The notes under the pieces were generated by a model. That model had not been told where the DNA came from. It made no database searches and saw only the letters and a program-made list of their open reading frames with translations. 64,000 bases of DNA from Phycisphaerae bacterium (GTDB lineage: Bacteria; Planctomycetota; Phycisphaerae; Phycisphaerales; SM1A02). Location of the stretch: contig JABHZL010000121.1 in NCBI GenBank assembly GCA_018656645.1, positions 3,182-67,181 of the forward strand, written 5' to 3'. Positions 63,561-64,000 of this stretch are shown one piece after another. The translations under genes were made by a program, and so were the position numbers. Position 1 is the stretch's first letter, and the number at the start of each line of letters is the position of its first letter.

Positions 63561-64000
63561 TTATTTTCGTTTTTGTTTTTTCCGCTTGCCTTTGGAATAC
63601 TTAGGCTTGGAAGCAGTCGTTTTTACTTGAGCAATTTGAAGTTTTTGACCGCTGACTTTCACACCTTTAAGCGTTTTGAAAACTGATTGGGGCATCCCAT
63701 AAGGCAATTCAACAAAGCTGAATTGATCGTGTAACTCTATTCTGCCAATGTCTTTATCTGTCAATCCAGCGACGCTACCAATTGCAGCGACGATGCTCGC
63801 TGGCTTTACACCATGGGATTTACCAACTGAAATATGGAATCGCTCCATGCCCTGCGTAATCGGATCACTCTTCTTTTTTCGTTCTTTTCGGTCTGGCCGC
63901 TCTCTTCTATCTCTGCGATCACCTCTTTCCCCACGTTCTCGGCGGTCCCTGCGATCCCCACGACCACCCCGATCATCACGGTCAAATTGTTCAAACCGAA
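63561..64000 (-). CDS. DEAD-box RNA helicase, C-terminal part (R/D/G-rich linker plus DbpA-type RNA-binding domain); runs off the right edge
   Basis: My in-frame translation upstream of the track ORF gives RFEQFDRDDRGGRGDRRDRRERGERGDRRDRRERPDRKERKKKSDPITQG. It continues as MERFHISVGKSHGVKPASIVAAIGSVAGLTDKDIGRIELHDQFSFVELP, which is the DbpA/DeaD C-terminal fold pattern. Confidence 0.65.
   Translation of the reverse strand, partial: RFEQFDRDDRGGRGDRRDRRERGERGDRRDRRERPDRKERKKKSDPITQGMERFHISVGKSHGVKPASIVAAIGSVAGLTDKDIGRIELHDQFSFVELPYGMPQSVFKTLKGVKVSGQKLQIAQVKTTASKPKYSKGKRKKQKRK

Overview
The window reads as a compact, mostly housekeeping chromosomal segment of about 48 protein genes plus one tRNA.

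**Likely source.** It is probably a Planctomycetota genome, possibly Phycisphaerae-like. This is an inference from gene content:
- a DUF1559 protein with a prepilin N-terminus
- several prepilin-type (pseudo)pilins
- a PEP-CTERM protein and a giant secreted protein ending in a duplicated dockerin-like ...AWGPC tail
- a CRTAC1/ASPIC FG-GAP protein, a TAT-exported Gfo/Idh/MocA enzyme and an FGE/SUMF1-like lipoprotein
- a murC-murB-ddl-ftsQ block not followed by ftsA/ftsZ

**Confident calls.**
- Replication, repair and RNA: ribF (partial), queG, uvrD/pcrA, class II B12-dependent ribonucleotide reductase nrdJ, tRNA-Pro(UGG), asnS, rnd, ruvB, and a DEAD-box helicase C-terminus (partial).
- Metabolism: large NAD-glutamate dehydrogenase, nuoA, a ydiJ-like FAD/Fe-S dehydrogenase, cystathionine beta-synthase plus gamma-lyase, pgi, and adenine deaminase.
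- Chaperones and regulators: groES/groEL, fliW-csrA, and a sigma-54 NtrC-type response regulator.
- Envelope and transport: two LptF/LptG permeases, murC, murB, ddl, cls, and a nucleoside-type MFS transporter.

I saw no rRNA, CRISPR array, transposase, integrase or recognisable defence system.

**Nothing is clearly a new system.** The best leads are:
1. A short C-rich motif, (G)TCTGTCCCC, clustered on one strand in three intergenic regions, including four copies upstream of a minor-pseudopilin-only operon.
2. A well-signalled 74-codon ORF wedged between groES and groEL, preceded by a degenerate receiver-domain gene.
3. GGA hairpins at the fliW and csrA ribosome-binding sites.
4. Several long structured non-coding stretches: after nrdJ, upstream of the DUF1559 gene, and a 24-bp perfect hairpin fused to the tRNA-Pro 3' end.
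5. A translationally coupled five-gene cluster of mixed and partly unknown function.

**Limits.** All protein calls rest on recalled family motifs read from the ORF track. No searches were run.
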